DNA of 64,000 nucleotides from an uncultured Thermosynechococcus sp. (lineage in GTDB: Bacteria > Cyanobacteriota > Cyanobacteriia > Thermosynechococcales > Thermosynechococcaceae): the NCBI RefSeq assembly GCF_938074695.1, contig NZ_CALJEM010000055.1, positions 718-64,717 on the forward strand, in the 5' to 3' direction. A program made the translations under genes and the position numbers. The notes below the pieces were generated by a model, which was not told where the DNA came from, ran no database searches, and saw only the letters and a list, made by a program, of their open reading frames with translations. This document shows positions 42,676 to 51,815 of the stretch, one piece after another (the stretch's first letter is position 1; each line of letters starts with the position of its first letter).

Positions 42676-43983
42676 ATGGTGCGTTTTCTCCATGTTGCGG
42701 ATGTTCACCTCGGCTTTAGTAAGTATCGTCAGGAGAATCCCAGCCGTACCCTTGATTTTTTTACCGCCTTTGACAGTGCCCTGCAAACCTACGCCATTGA
42801 AGCAGGAGTGGATTTTGTGCTGATTGCCGGGGATCTGTTTGAGGAGCGCATGATTACCCCCGGCATTCTCAATCAAGCGGAGTACGTCCTCGATAAGGTG
42901 CGATCGGCAGGGATTCCAGTGCTGGCGATCGAGGGCAACCACGACAACTGCCCCTACGGCGTCAAATCCAACTGGCTCCGCTACCTCTGTGAAAAAGACT
43001 ACTTGTCTCTTCTAGAGCCTGATGAAAATGGTCTGTTGCACCCCTGGGATGTAGAGACGGCGCGGGGTGGGTACATTGATCTTCCCTGCGGGGTGCGGGT
43101 CATTGGTTCCCAGTGGTATGGCGCCAGTGCTCCCCGTGCCATTCAACAGCTTGCCAGCCAAATTCAGGCATTGCCGCCAGGACCTAGAGCCACAATTATG
43201 CTCTTTCACCATGGCCTTGAGGGGCAAGTCTCCCGCTACCAAGGGGCATTGCGCTATGAAGAACTTCTCCCCCTGCGCCAAGCGGGGGTGGACTACCTTG
43301 CCCTAGGGCATATCCATCGCCACTATGCCGTTGAGGACTGGATTTTTAACCCCGGCGCCGTTGAGGCCAACTCAATTCAGGAAAATCAACAGCAAAATCC
43401 GCGCGGGGTGCTGCTGGTTACCCTCGACAATGGCCCACCTCAGGCAGAACTCAAGCAAGACTACTGGCAGCGCCCTATCTATCGCTACAGCCTCAACCTC
43501 AGCCCCAGTGATACCGTGACCCAGGTGGAGCGCCGACTTCAGGACTTGGTGCGGCGACATCGGGAAGAGATGGCGGAGGCAATTGTGGAAGTTACCCTGC
43601 GGGGAGAAGTGGGGTTTGAGCGCAGTGAGTTGGCTGTGCGATCGCTCCAAGGGCAACTCCAGGAGGCCTCCCATGCCTTTATTTTTCGTTTGGGGTTTGC
43701 AGCAACGCCTGTGGCCTACCAAACCTACCGCAATGCAACGGCTGAGCCACCCCCGCGTGCCCTAATTGAAGAACAGGTGTTTGCGGATCTATTGGCCAGT
43801 GTTGCTGAGTATCGCGATCGCGCCGAACCCTTGGCCAAGGTTCTCATGCACCTAAAAGAAGATCTACTTCAGCCCAACGTCAACATTCCTGACCTCTATC
43901 AATGGCTGGCAGACTTCTCCTCAGCGAATGGAACGAGAGGGGTTGATTGCCCCATGGATCAACTGGCCAGCGGGAGACTGTAG
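42676..43983 (+). CDS. SbcD/Mre11-like metallophosphoesterase (DNA repair exonuclease family)
   Basis: The start is trimmed to ATG 42676. HVADVHLG, AGDLFE, GNHD and LGHIH are phosphoesterase motifs. Confidence 0.8.
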   Translation: MVRFLHVADVHLGFSKYRQENPSRTLDFFTAFDSALQTYAIEAGVDFVLIAGDLFEERMITPGILNQAEYVLDKVRSAGIPVLAIEGNHDNCPYGVKSNWLRYLCEKDYLSLLEPDENGLLHPWDVETARGGYIDLPCGVRVIGSQWYGASAPRAIQQLASQIQALPPGPRATIMLFHHGLEGQVSRYQGALRYEELLPLRQAGVDYLALGHIHRHYAVEDWIFNPGAVEANSIQENQQQNPRGVLLVTLDNGPPQAELKQDYWQRPIYRYSLNLSPSDTVTQVERRLQDLVRRHREEMAEAIVEVTLRGEVGFERSELAVRSLQGQLQEASHAFIFRLGFAATPVAYQTYRNATAEPPPRALIEEQVFADLLASVAEYRDRAEPLAKVLMHLKEDLLQPNVNIPDLYQWLADFSSANGTRGVDCPMDQLASGRL

Positions 43984-44492
43984 GAAAGCTTGCCATTTTT
44001 GCCGGACTTGGGCATTCTGCGGTTGCACCGGCCGTGGTTTGGCCAGTTATTAGGGTGTTGTACCAATAGCCCGCCATGGCAAAAGCATCCGCCCCGTCTT
44101 TGGCCTGAACAATTCGCTGCTGTTGAGCTGGCCACAAGGGCATCGCTCGAATACGCCCCCAAGGGGAACGTGACAAAAGCAATCACCTGGGCTAGCCCAG
44201 AGCCAGTTTTCAAGTTCTGGACATCCTCCTCGGCCGGAGGGCCAAAGGTGCCTTCGGTGGGTTCATATCTGCTACTCGTATCTCCAATGGCGGTGTGGAG
44301 ACATCCCCCGCTTTCAACGCCGAGAATTCATTTTGGGGAAGAAGTGGAGGGCGCACTAAAAACTGGGCATCCTCTTGGGTGTCAATATCGTTGGGGGCAC
44401 CCCTAGGCAATGGCGATCGCGCAAGGCCTTAAACGCGTCCCCAAGGAACCCATTGGTTCTACCCTGTCCACTCGCAATGCTATATCCCTCAC
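43984..44492 (-). pseudogene. Probable decayed coding region (frame-shifted ORF fragments, identity uncertain)
   Basis: Three minus-strand fragments in different frames abut each other, and there is no intact ORF. See findings. Confidence 0.3.
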
Positions 44493-44854
44493 GTGAATGC
44501 TCCGCTGATAAGCGACTTCCCAATCCTGTTACCAGAGAGGGAGGCGGCATTCTCACCTACCGCCGGGAACTTTTGCCTTTGCAGCACCCCAGGTCATTTC
44601 TGCCTGGGGGTTTTGGGTTGAAGTGGTTCATGCCAACTTTTGGCCTATTCCCTGCGTTTATAAATCGGGTGATGCCAGGACTTACAGGTTCAGTTGTACC
44701 TTGCCAAGCAGGTCTTATATCTGCCCGGATCCCCAGAAGTCTTTTCTGGCGGGCAATAGTGCCATACATGGCTAGAAAAACCATATCCTATCCGCCGCTA
44801 ACTAGGGAATAACGCTTCCCGTCCATTCGTAGGATGCGCGACGGCATTGCTCAA
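44493..44854 (-). repeat. Copy A of an unannotated element of about 360 nt (inverted relative to copy B)
   Basis: It aligns end to end with the reverse complement of 57088-57446, at roughly 90% identity by eye. The strand given is the putative RNA sense. Confidence 0.85.
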
Positions 44855-45774
44855 TCCTTCTCAATCCGATAGCCCAACTCTGCCAAGCGCAGCCGATCCT
44901 GTCGCCAGCGGGGGCGTACCTTCACAAACAGCTCTAGATAAATCTTGCCACCAATGAGGGTTTCCATTTCTTGGCGGGCAGCGGTGCCAATTTGTTTGAG
45001 CAACTGACCCCCTTGGCCGATAATGATGGCCTTTTGGCTGGGACGCTCCACGTAAATCACCGCGTGGACACGAGTCAGGTGGCGCTCCTGCTGTAGCTGT
45101 TCAATCGTCACCGCCACCGAATGGGGAACCTCCTCGCGGGTGTGGTGCAAAATTTGCTCGCGAATTAATTCCGCCATGATGAATCGCTCCGGCTGATCGG
45201 TGACCATCTCCGGCGGATAGTAATAGGGGCCAAGGGGCAACTGCTCCTCGATTGCCGATTGCAGCAGACTTACCCCCTCTCCAGTCAAAGCTGAGCAGGG
45301 ATAGGCCGGCCAAGGGCCGAGGCTTTGATAGTCCTGTTGCCGCGCTTCGCGCTCCCCTTCTGCGAGGAGGTCAATTTTATTGATGGCCACAAGAACGGGA
45401 GATTGGGTCGTTGTCAAGAGATCTGCAACGTAGCGATCGCCCCGACCGGGTGGACTGGCAGCATCCACCACAAACACAATCGCATCCACCCGATTGAGTA
45501 TTCCCTTTGCATTCTGCACCAGCACTTCACCGAGCCGATGGTGGGGCTTATGGATACCCGGCGTATCCACAAAAATAAACTGCGCCGTGGCCGTGGTTAG
45601 GATGCCCCGCAGGCGATTGCGGGTAGTTTGCGCCACAGGGGAGGTAATGGCCACCTTTTGCCCCAACAGATGGTTAAAGAGCGTTGACTTACCCACATTG
45701 GGGCGACCCACTAGGGCAATGAAGCCGGAGCGAAAGCCCGCTGGAGCAGCAGGAATGCTTGGAATCGTTTCCAC
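44851..45774 (-). CDS. era: GTPase Era
   Basis: It has G1 GRPNVGKST, DTPG and NKID, plus a C-terminal KH domain. Confidence 0.94.
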   Translation of the reverse strand: METIPSIPAAPAGFRSGFIALVGRPNVGKSTLFNHLLGQKVAITSPVAQTTRNRLRGILTTATAQFIFVDTPGIHKPHHRLGEVLVQNAKGILNRVDAIVFVVDAASPPGRGDRYVADLLTTTQSPVLVAINKIDLLAEGEREARQQDYQSLGPWPAYPCSALTGEGVSLLQSAIEEQLPLGPYYYPPEMVTDQPERFIMAELIREQILHHTREEVPHSVAVTIEQLQQERHLTRVHAVIYVERPSQKAIIIGQGGQLLKQIGTAARQEMETLIGGKIYLELFVKVRPRWRQDRLRLAELGYRIEKD

Positions 45775-45783
45775 TGTTACACC

Positions 45784-46275
45784 CTATTGGGTTGGAGTCG
45801 TCTGATTGGGAGTTGTGGCCGGTGGTGAGGGCAGAGGGCTTGGCTCCGTACTGAGAACGGGTTTTTCGACAGGTTGGGTTGCCAGGGCAACACGGCTACC
45901 CCCCACTGAGCGCAGCAGATCTAAGACTTGGATGACTTCGTTGTAGCTCACCACCTGGGACGCCCGCAAAATCACCATCCCCGCCGGATTGGTTTTCAAA
46001 TACGTGGCGAGGCGTTCGTAGAGTTGACTGCGGTTGACGGGGTCTTTGTCCACAAAGAGTTGTCCTGCCGGATCAATGCTCACCACCAGCATCTTTTGGG
46101 ACTGGGCTTGACTGGTGCTGGCTTGGGGCAAATTCAATGTAATGGCCTGCTGCCGCGTTAAACTCACCGCCGCCAAAATAAAGAACGTGAGGATACAAAA
46201 AACCACATCAATGAGGGGCAGCATCTCAATACGGGCATTTTCGCTCTCACTAGGCAAATGAATCTTCACGGCCAT
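45784..46275 (-). CDS. exbD: ExbD/TolR-family biopolymer transport protein
   Basis: It has an N-terminal TM with [13 protein letters not shown] and a periplasmic domain. It lies 9 nt upstream of era. Confidence 0.8.
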   Translation of the reverse strand: MAVKIHLPSESENARIEMLPLIDVVFCILTFFILAAVSLTRQQAITLNLPQASTSQAQSQKMLVVSIDPAGQLFVDKDPVNRSQLYERLATYLKTNPAGMVILRASQVVSYNEVIQVLDLLRSVGGSRVALATQPVEKPVLSTEPSPLPSPPATTPNQTTPTQ

Positions 46276-46352
46276 TCCTCAACCACGCTGCCTTTAATGA
46301 TAAAACCCTGAGCAGACAGAGTAGGATTAGAAAGTTTCTCCCCGATGGAACT

Positions 46353-46928
46353 ATGACCACTGCAACGCCCCAGCCCGGACAACTCATTGTGATTACCGGC
46401 CCCAGTGGTGTGGGCAAAGGAACGCTCCTGCGCCAACTGCGGCAGCGACACCCTGAGCTTGCCCTTTCGGTTTCAGCGACCACTCGTCCGCCGCGCCCCA
46501 CGGAGGTGGAAGGGGTGGATTACTATTTTGTGTCTATGGAAGAATTTAAGGGAATGATTGCTTCGGGTAAGCTCTTGGAATGGGCGGAGTTTGCGGGTCA
46601 CTACTACGGCACCCCACGGGATCCGCTGCTCCAGCTTATTGAAGAGGGAAAGACGGTCATCCTTGAAATTGAGCTGCAGGGGGCGCGCCAAGTTCGCCAA
46701 TCCTACCCGCAAGCGCGCCACATTTTCATTCTGCCCCCGTCCCTCACTGAACTGGAACACCGCCTGCGCAGCCGCGGTCAGGACAGTGAGGAGGCGATCG
46801 CCCGCCGCCTAGCCCAAGCGGAAACGGAAATTGCCGCTGCCTCAGAATTTGACGTGCAAATTGTCAATGATGATTTGGAAAAGAGCTTAATTGCCCTCGA
46901 AACCGCCATTTTTAGCCCTGCTGCCTAG
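46353..46928 (+). CDS. gmk: Guanylate kinase
   Basis: It has the P-loop [14 protein letters not shown] and YYGT. Confidence 0.94.
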   Translation: MTTATPQPGQLIVITGPSGVGKGTLLRQLRQRHPELALSVSATTRPPRPTEVEGVDYYFVSMEEFKGMIASGKLLEWAEFAGHYYGTPRDPLLQLIEEGKTVILEIELQGARQVRQSYPQARHIFILPPSLTELEHRLRSRGQDSEEAIARRLAQAETEIAAASEFDVQIVNDDLEKSLIALETAIFSPAA

Positions 46929-47647
46929 GGTTCTGCCCGCACAATGCCGAGGTAGAGTTCCCCCACTTTGGGGTCATTGAGCAGTTCGCTGCCCAGTCCC
47001 TCATAGCGATCTTTGCCCATTTCTAGGACATACCCGCGATCGCACATGGCAAGGGCTTTCCGCGCATTTTGCTCCACCAGAATAATGGCCGTGCCCTGGG
47101 CATTAATCTCCTTGATTTTGGCAAAGACATCATTGACCAGCGCTGGCGAGAGGGCAGCGGAGGGTTCATCCAAGACCATTATTTGCGGATCCAGCATCAT
47201 GGCGCGACCCATGGCCAGCATTTGCCGTTCTCCCCCCGAAAGCGTCCCTGCCCGTTGCTGTCGGCGCTCAGCCAAGCGGGGAAAGGTGTCATAGACGCGT
47301 TCTTTGAGAGCCTTGAGGTTGCCGCTTTTGATAAAGGCGCCCATCTCTAAGTTTTCCTCAATGGTCAAGGAGCGAAAGACATTGGCAATCTGAGGAACGT
47401 AACCGATGCCTTTTTTGACAATTTCATTGGGGCGCAAGTAGGTAATATCTTCCCCTGCAAGCGTGATTGTGCCCAAGCGCGGCGTCAACAAACCGGCGAT
47501 TGTTTTTGCCAATGTTGATTTTCCTGCTCCATTGGGGCCAATGACTGCTACCAGCTCCCCTGCTTCGAGACGAAAATTGACGCCCCGTAAAATATCCACA
47601 TCGGGAATATAGCCAGCATAGACCTCAGTAACGTGGAGCAAACTCAT
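46925..47647 (-). CDS. ABC transporter ATP-binding protein (LivF/NatE/UrtE-like)
   Basis: It has Walker [10 protein letters not shown], the signature LSGGERQ and Walker B MVLDEPS. Confidence 0.88.
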   Translation of the reverse strand: MSLLHVTEVYAGYIPDVDILRGVNFRLEAGELVAVIGPNGAGKSTLAKTIAGLLTPRLGTITLAGEDITYLRPNEIVKKGIGYVPQIANVFRSLTIEENLEMGAFIKSGNLKALKERVYDTFPRLAERRQQRAGTLSGGERQMLAMGRAMMLDPQIMVLDEPSAALSPALVNDVFAKIKEINAQGTAIILVEQNARKALAMCDRGYVLEMGKDRYEGLGSELLNDPKVGELYLGIVRAEP

Positions 47648-47746
47648 GGTGTAAAGGACATCGCCGGAGGGTTGACATCTTACTAGATTAGTATAGGGAC
47701 TCTGCTGTTTTGGGCAGGGAAGACTCAGAAGACGGTGAAAGACGCC

Positions 47747-48760
47747 ATGAAAGCAATTGCCATCACAGAATTCGGTGACCCCGATGTTTTAGTCTTGCGG
47801 GAGGTGCCTGAGCCAGAGATTCAGACGCCCCATGAGGTCAAAATTCAACTGCGGGCAGCCAGCGTCAATCCCATTGATACCAAGTTGCGACAGCGGGGCA
47901 CCTTTTTTCCCGATCGCCGGCCCGCAATTCTCGGCTGCGATGGGGCAGGGGTAGTTGTGGCGGTGGGTGCAGCAGTACAGCGATTTCGAGTGGGAGACGA
48001 AGTGTATTTTTGCTACGGCGGATTGGGCGATCGCGGGGGCTGTTATGCCGAATATACCGTTGTCCCGGAAATTGCCGTTGCCCCCAAACCCAAATCCCTC
48101 TCATTTATCGAGGCCGCTGCCTTGCCCCTAGCAGTCATCACCGCCTGGGAAGCCCTGGGCGATCGCGGTGCTGTGCCCCCTTTGAATGTGCTCTCGACAG
48201 CGAAAACCGTTCTCATTCACGCCGGGGCGGGCGGGGTGGGGCATCTGGCCATTCAACTGGCACGGCGATCTGGCGCCCGCGTTGCCACGACCATTAGCTC
48301 TGCAGCCAAAGCGCGTTTTGTTGAAGGTCTGGGAGCGGCCCTTGCCATTAACTACCAAACCACGGATTGGGTACAGGCGGTCTTGGATTGGACCGAGGGC
48401 AAAGGTGTTGACCTAGCACTGGACACTGTGGGCGGCCCAACCTTTAGTGAAACGTTCAAAGCGGTGCGTCCCTATGGCACCTTGGCCACCCTCTTGGAAC
48501 CCGCAGCCGATACCCCCTGGAAAATTGCCCGCCAACGCAACCTCTTGATTCAACTCACGCTCATGCTGACCCCCCAACTCATGGAGTTGAGTGATGCCCT
48601 TGCCCATCAGGGCAAAATTCTTGAGCAGGTTGCCACCCTAGTGGATCGGGGTGAGCTGCGGGTTGTTGTGGATAAAACCTTTCCCCTTGGTGCAGCGGCG
48701 GATGCCCACCGCTATCTCAGCCAACGCCTAGTGCAGGGGAAGGTGGTTCTCGTCCCATAA
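47747..48760 (+). CDS. Zinc-type alcohol dehydrogenase / quinone oxidoreductase family protein
   Basis: It has an MDR fold with the nucleotide motif HAGAGGVGHLAIQLA. The alternative GTG start is at 47735. Confidence 0.85.
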   Translation: MKAIAITEFGDPDVLVLREVPEPEIQTPHEVKIQLRAASVNPIDTKLRQRGTFFPDRRPAILGCDGAGVVVAVGAAVQRFRVGDEVYFCYGGLGDRGGCYAEYTVVPEIAVAPKPKSLSFIEAAALPLAVITAWEALGDRGAVPPLNVLSTAKTVLIHAGAGGVGHLAIQLARRSGARVATTISSAAKARFVEGLGAALAINYQTTDWVQAVLDWTEGKGVDLALDTVGGPTFSETFKAVRPYGTLATLLEPAADTPWKIARQRNLLIQLTLMLTPQLMELSDALAHQGKILEQVATLVDRGELRVVVDKTFPLGAAADAHRYLSQRLVQGKVVLVP

Positions 48761-48929
48761 TGGGGGATTTTTTGATGGTTGCTCAGCTCCTTGCCGCCCT
48801 GTTACTCCCAACCGCTGCCAACGCTCCTTAGCGACCTCTATTGAGTTTGTTGCATTTTTAACGGACGCCTTAGCTATTGTGGTCGCCGGTTTACGGAAGA
48901 AACAGTGCTGCCAGAGGCTTGGCGCTAAC

Positions 48930-50081
48930 TTATTCTGGCTGAGAGGAGGGGTACAACTCTGGCGGCATTGGCTCCGGTTGAAGGCTAACGGTTTGCTGGC
49001 GATCGCCCCGCCGAATCTCCAAGGTTACTTTCTCTCCCAACTTGGTTTGCTCGACAACACTTTGGATTTGTTGGGGGGTAGGCTGGTTGATAGTGTTGAT
49101 CTTGACAATCCAATCGCCCGCCTGCAGGCCTGCTTTAGCTGCAGGGGAATTGGGAGCGATGCCAATGATCAGCGTGCCTTTGTTTTGTTGTAGTCGCCAC
49201 GTGGGGCGATCTTGACGGATTTTGGCCGCCAATTCCGGCGTCAATTGCACCATGCGAATTCCTAAATAGAGGTGTTGGGCGCGGCCGGTGGCGATAATCT
49301 GCTCAGCAATGCGATAGGCAGTATTAATAGGAATGGCAAAGCCCAGACCCTGCGCTTGGGAAATCACGGCAGTGTTGACGCCCACCACTTGACCGGCGGC
49401 ATTCAGGAGGGGACCCCCGGAATTCCCCGGATTAATTGCCGCATCCGTCTGAATAAAGCTCACGCGCTTATCGGCAGCGCCGATTTCATTGCTGGCACGC
49501 CCTGTGGCACTGATAATTCCGGCCGTTACCGTGTTACTCAGCCCCAAGGGGTTCCCAATGGCGATCGCCCACTCGCCGGGCACAAGGGTATCCGAATTGC
49601 CCAGTTGCACGGTGGGTAAATTTTTAGCCTGAATTTGCACCACTGCCACATCGGTCAGGGAATCAGCACCCACCACTTTGCCTGCGTACTGGCGACCATC
49701 GGGCAGTGTGACTCGCACAGCACTAGCGCCTTCTACCACGTGAGCATTGGTCATGACCTTGCCATCGGGGGTGAATATAAACCCAGAGCCTTGACCTTGG
49801 CGTACCGGCACATCGGGTATGGGAAAAGGATTGAGAAAACCATCCTCTTCACTGGGTTGCATCCGCAGCGTATCAATGCTTACCACCGCTGGCCCTGCCT
49901 CAGCAACCACCTTGGCAATGAAATTCTCACCCCCATTGGGTTGATCTGGAGGGGCAAGGGGAGGCAAAGATGCCGCAGGATTGGGAGTGGGCGGGGTGCG
50001 ATTTGGCAGACGTAGTGAACAGCTTGTCAGTGCCCCTAGGGCGATCGCCATCCCGACTCGACTCAACCGCGTAAGAATCAT
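48930..50081 (-). CDS. HtrA/DegP-family serine protease with PDZ domain
   Basis: It has a signal anchor, the catalytic triad context (TNAHVV, D, GNSGGPLL) and a C-terminal PDZ. Confidence 0.92.
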   Translation of the reverse strand: MILTRLSRVGMAIALGALTSCSLRLPNRTPPTPNPAASLPPLAPPDQPNGGENFIAKVVAEAGPAVVSIDTLRMQPSEEDGFLNPFPIPDVPVRQGQGSGFIFTPDGKVMTNAHVVEGASAVRVTLPDGRQYAGKVVGADSLTDVAVVQIQAKNLPTVQLGNSDTLVPGEWAIAIGNPLGLSNTVTAGIISATGRASNEIGAADKRVSFIQTDAAINPGNSGGPLLNAAGQVVGVNTAVISQAQGLGFAIPINTAYRIAEQIIATGRAQHLYLGIRMVQLTPELAAKIRQDRPTWRLQQNKGTLIIGIAPNSPAAKAGLQAGDWIVKINTINQPTPQQIQSVVEQTKLGEKVTLEIRRGDRQQTVSLQPEPMPPELYPSSQPE

Positions 50082-50164
50082 ACAGCACTCAACTCGGCAG
50101 TAGATCCACTGTAGCCTTATCCTGAAAGTAGAGAGTCTAGAGAGTCTGTCTAACCTCTACTGCC

Positions 50165-50356
50165 ATGCTCACTGTGATTAGCCACCTAGAACAACCCATG
50201 AGCTTTGATAGCTTTTTTGGGCCGGTAACCCTCCAGCCGGGTCGCAATGAAAATGTCGATGAACGCCGCTGGCGCAACTGCAAAACCCACAATGCTGACC
50301 TGCAAGCCCTGATCAAAAAGGGACTGATTGTTGTTGCAGAAGAGGAATCAGTCTAA
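50165..50356 (+). CDS. Hypothetical small protein (63 aa)
   Basis: It is the only ORF in the gap. No family recognised. Confidence 0.3.
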   Translation: MLTVISHLEQPMSFDSFFGPVTLQPGRNENVDERRWRNCKTHNADLQALIKKGLIVVAEEESV

Positions 50357-50561
50357 ACTGAGAGCGCAAAGCTACTTTTGCCCCTCATCTTTGCAAATTT
50401 CCCTAGGTGACCGATAGATGACCAAACCCATGCAGAAACCTATGGCGCTGTGGGTATTCCCCCTGCACCCCGGCCCTCAACTGTATCCAGCCCATCTGCA
50501 GCTGACTGACGAGTGGCTCCCCTGCTTTCCGTTTGAGCCACGGCACTGCCTTGTTTGAGCC

Positions 50562-51056
50562 ATGACGGATAGAGTAGTTGCTCTCTTACAGCAGGGACAA
50601 GAGGCCTTCGAGCGGGGCAACTATCAACAGTCCGTTGCTTTCCTCGGACAGGCGGCGGCGTTGGCGGTGGGAAACCCCAAGCAAGCGGGGGAAATTCGCC
50701 TCTGGTTAGTTGTTGCCTACAGTGCTGCTGGGGATCAAGAGGCAGCCGTGAGCCTCTGCCGTCAACTCCAACGCCATTCCGACCATTACACGCGGCAGGA
50801 AAGTCGCCGCTTGCTGGCGATTTTGGAAGCCCCCCAATTAAAACGTCGGCCTGAATGGAATAGCGAAATTCCCGACCTATCCCATGTGGGCGATCGCTCC
50901 TACACATCCCCCTACAGCCATTCCCTGAAAAAGCCATCGGCTGCCACCCCAAAACCTCAAGAACCACCGCCCCCTGCTACGCCTTTACCGAATGCCTTCA
51001 TCTGGCTTGCCCTCACGGGTTTGGGCGTGGTCACACTCTTGGCCGCTTGGTTATAG
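50562..51056 (+). CDS. TPR-like protein with C-terminal TM anchor
   Basis: It has an N-terminal TPR-like helices (QGQEAFERGNYQQSVAFLGQA) and a C-terminal TM (FIWLALTGLGVVTLLAAWL). It is preferred over the antisense ORF 50440-50967. Confidence 0.6.
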   Translation: MTDRVVALLQQGQEAFERGNYQQSVAFLGQAAALAVGNPKQAGEIRLWLVVAYSAAGDQEAAVSLCRQLQRHSDHYTRQESRRLLAILEAPQLKRRPEWNSEIPDLSHVGDRSYTSPYSHSLKKPSAATPKPQEPPPPATPLPNAFIWLALTGLGVVTLLAAWL

Positions 51057-51629
51057 TGACCTCTGCTCGAGACGAGCGAACTGACGATTGATCTCTCGCC
51101 ACAGGCGCTGATTATGGGGGTTCAGTCGTAGAGCTTTCTTGAGGTAGGTTCGCGCCGATGACGACTTGCGTTGATCAATCAATTTGACAGCCCACTGGTA
51201 GTAGGTTTCTGCTTGCCAAGCAAACACTTCTTCGTCCGCAGGCAGTTGTCGTTCTAAATTTTCCAAAAGGGCGATCGCCCGTGGAAATCGTTCTTCTGCC
51301 AAAAAAAGCTGCCACTGCTTGTGCGCTTGACGTTTTAACTGCTCCTGTTCAGGGGTCAAAGGAGATACATGAGTCCTTTTGACCGTTACACTAACCGCTG
51401 GAGTAGAAGTATCCTTGGCCACGTCACCGTTATCTGTATCCTGCCAATGTTCAAGCAAATAGCGGTAGGCCTCATGTACTGCGACAAATTGATCTTGATG
51501 CACTTCAGGATTGATATCGGGATGATATTGCCGCGCTAATTGACGGTAGGCTGTTTTAATCTCTTCCAGAGAAGCACCGATAGGAAGCCCGAGGCGGCGA
51601 TAACTTTCAATGAGTCGGTGATCAGTCAT
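51051..51629 (-). CDS. J-domain protein with C-terminal TPR-like region
   Basis: The start is trimmed to ATG 51629. It has a J domain with HPD (YRQLARQYHPDINP). Confidence 0.78.
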   Translation of the reverse strand: MTDHRLIESYRRLGLPIGASLEEIKTAYRQLARQYHPDINPEVHQDQFVAVHEAYRYLLEHWQDTDNGDVAKDTSTPAVSVTVKRTHVSPLTPEQEQLKRQAHKQWQLFLAEERFPRAIALLENLERQLPADEEVFAWQAETYYQWAVKLIDQRKSSSARTYLKKALRLNPHNQRLWREINRQFARLEQRSL

Positions 51630-51815
51630 TAAAAAAACTCGCAAAAAACTCGGAATCTAAAAAATTGTTGGATGGCTGATTGGTGGTGCCAAAGCATCAA
51701 GATTTATCACCCTAGCACAGTGATCCTGAGGCTTGAACACATTTTACCGAAAGAATAGTGTATAGCACTTTTCTTAGAATAGGGGGTACATAGAAATGAC
51801 TAGAGGATAGTCCTC

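Noticed and set aside
44375-44812. ORFs inside the repeat copies: 44375-44812 plus strand (145 aa), 44557-44784 minus strand (75 aa) and 57277-57504 minus strand (75 aa).
   Set aside because: They are not conserved in length or frame between the two copies, have no family resemblance, and run through obvious hairpins. I treat them as non-coding.
44493-44854. The repeat pair as the template/variable repeats of a diversity-generating retroelement, or as a group II intron, RNase P RNA, tmRNA or cobalamin riboswitch.
   Set aside because: Differences between the copies are mostly transitions of all types, not adenine-specific. There is no reverse transcriptase nearby. There is no GUGYG 5' end or domain V hairpin, no GAGGAAAGUCC (RNase P), no tag ORF or tRNA-like end, and no B12 box. 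Only a search can fully exclude a known family.
50440-50967. A 175-aa minus-strand ORF overlapping 50562-51056.
   Set aside because: It is Pro/Gly/Arg-rich with a low-complexity translation. The plus-strand ORF has TPR-like helices and a terminal TM, and fits the convergent gene layout.
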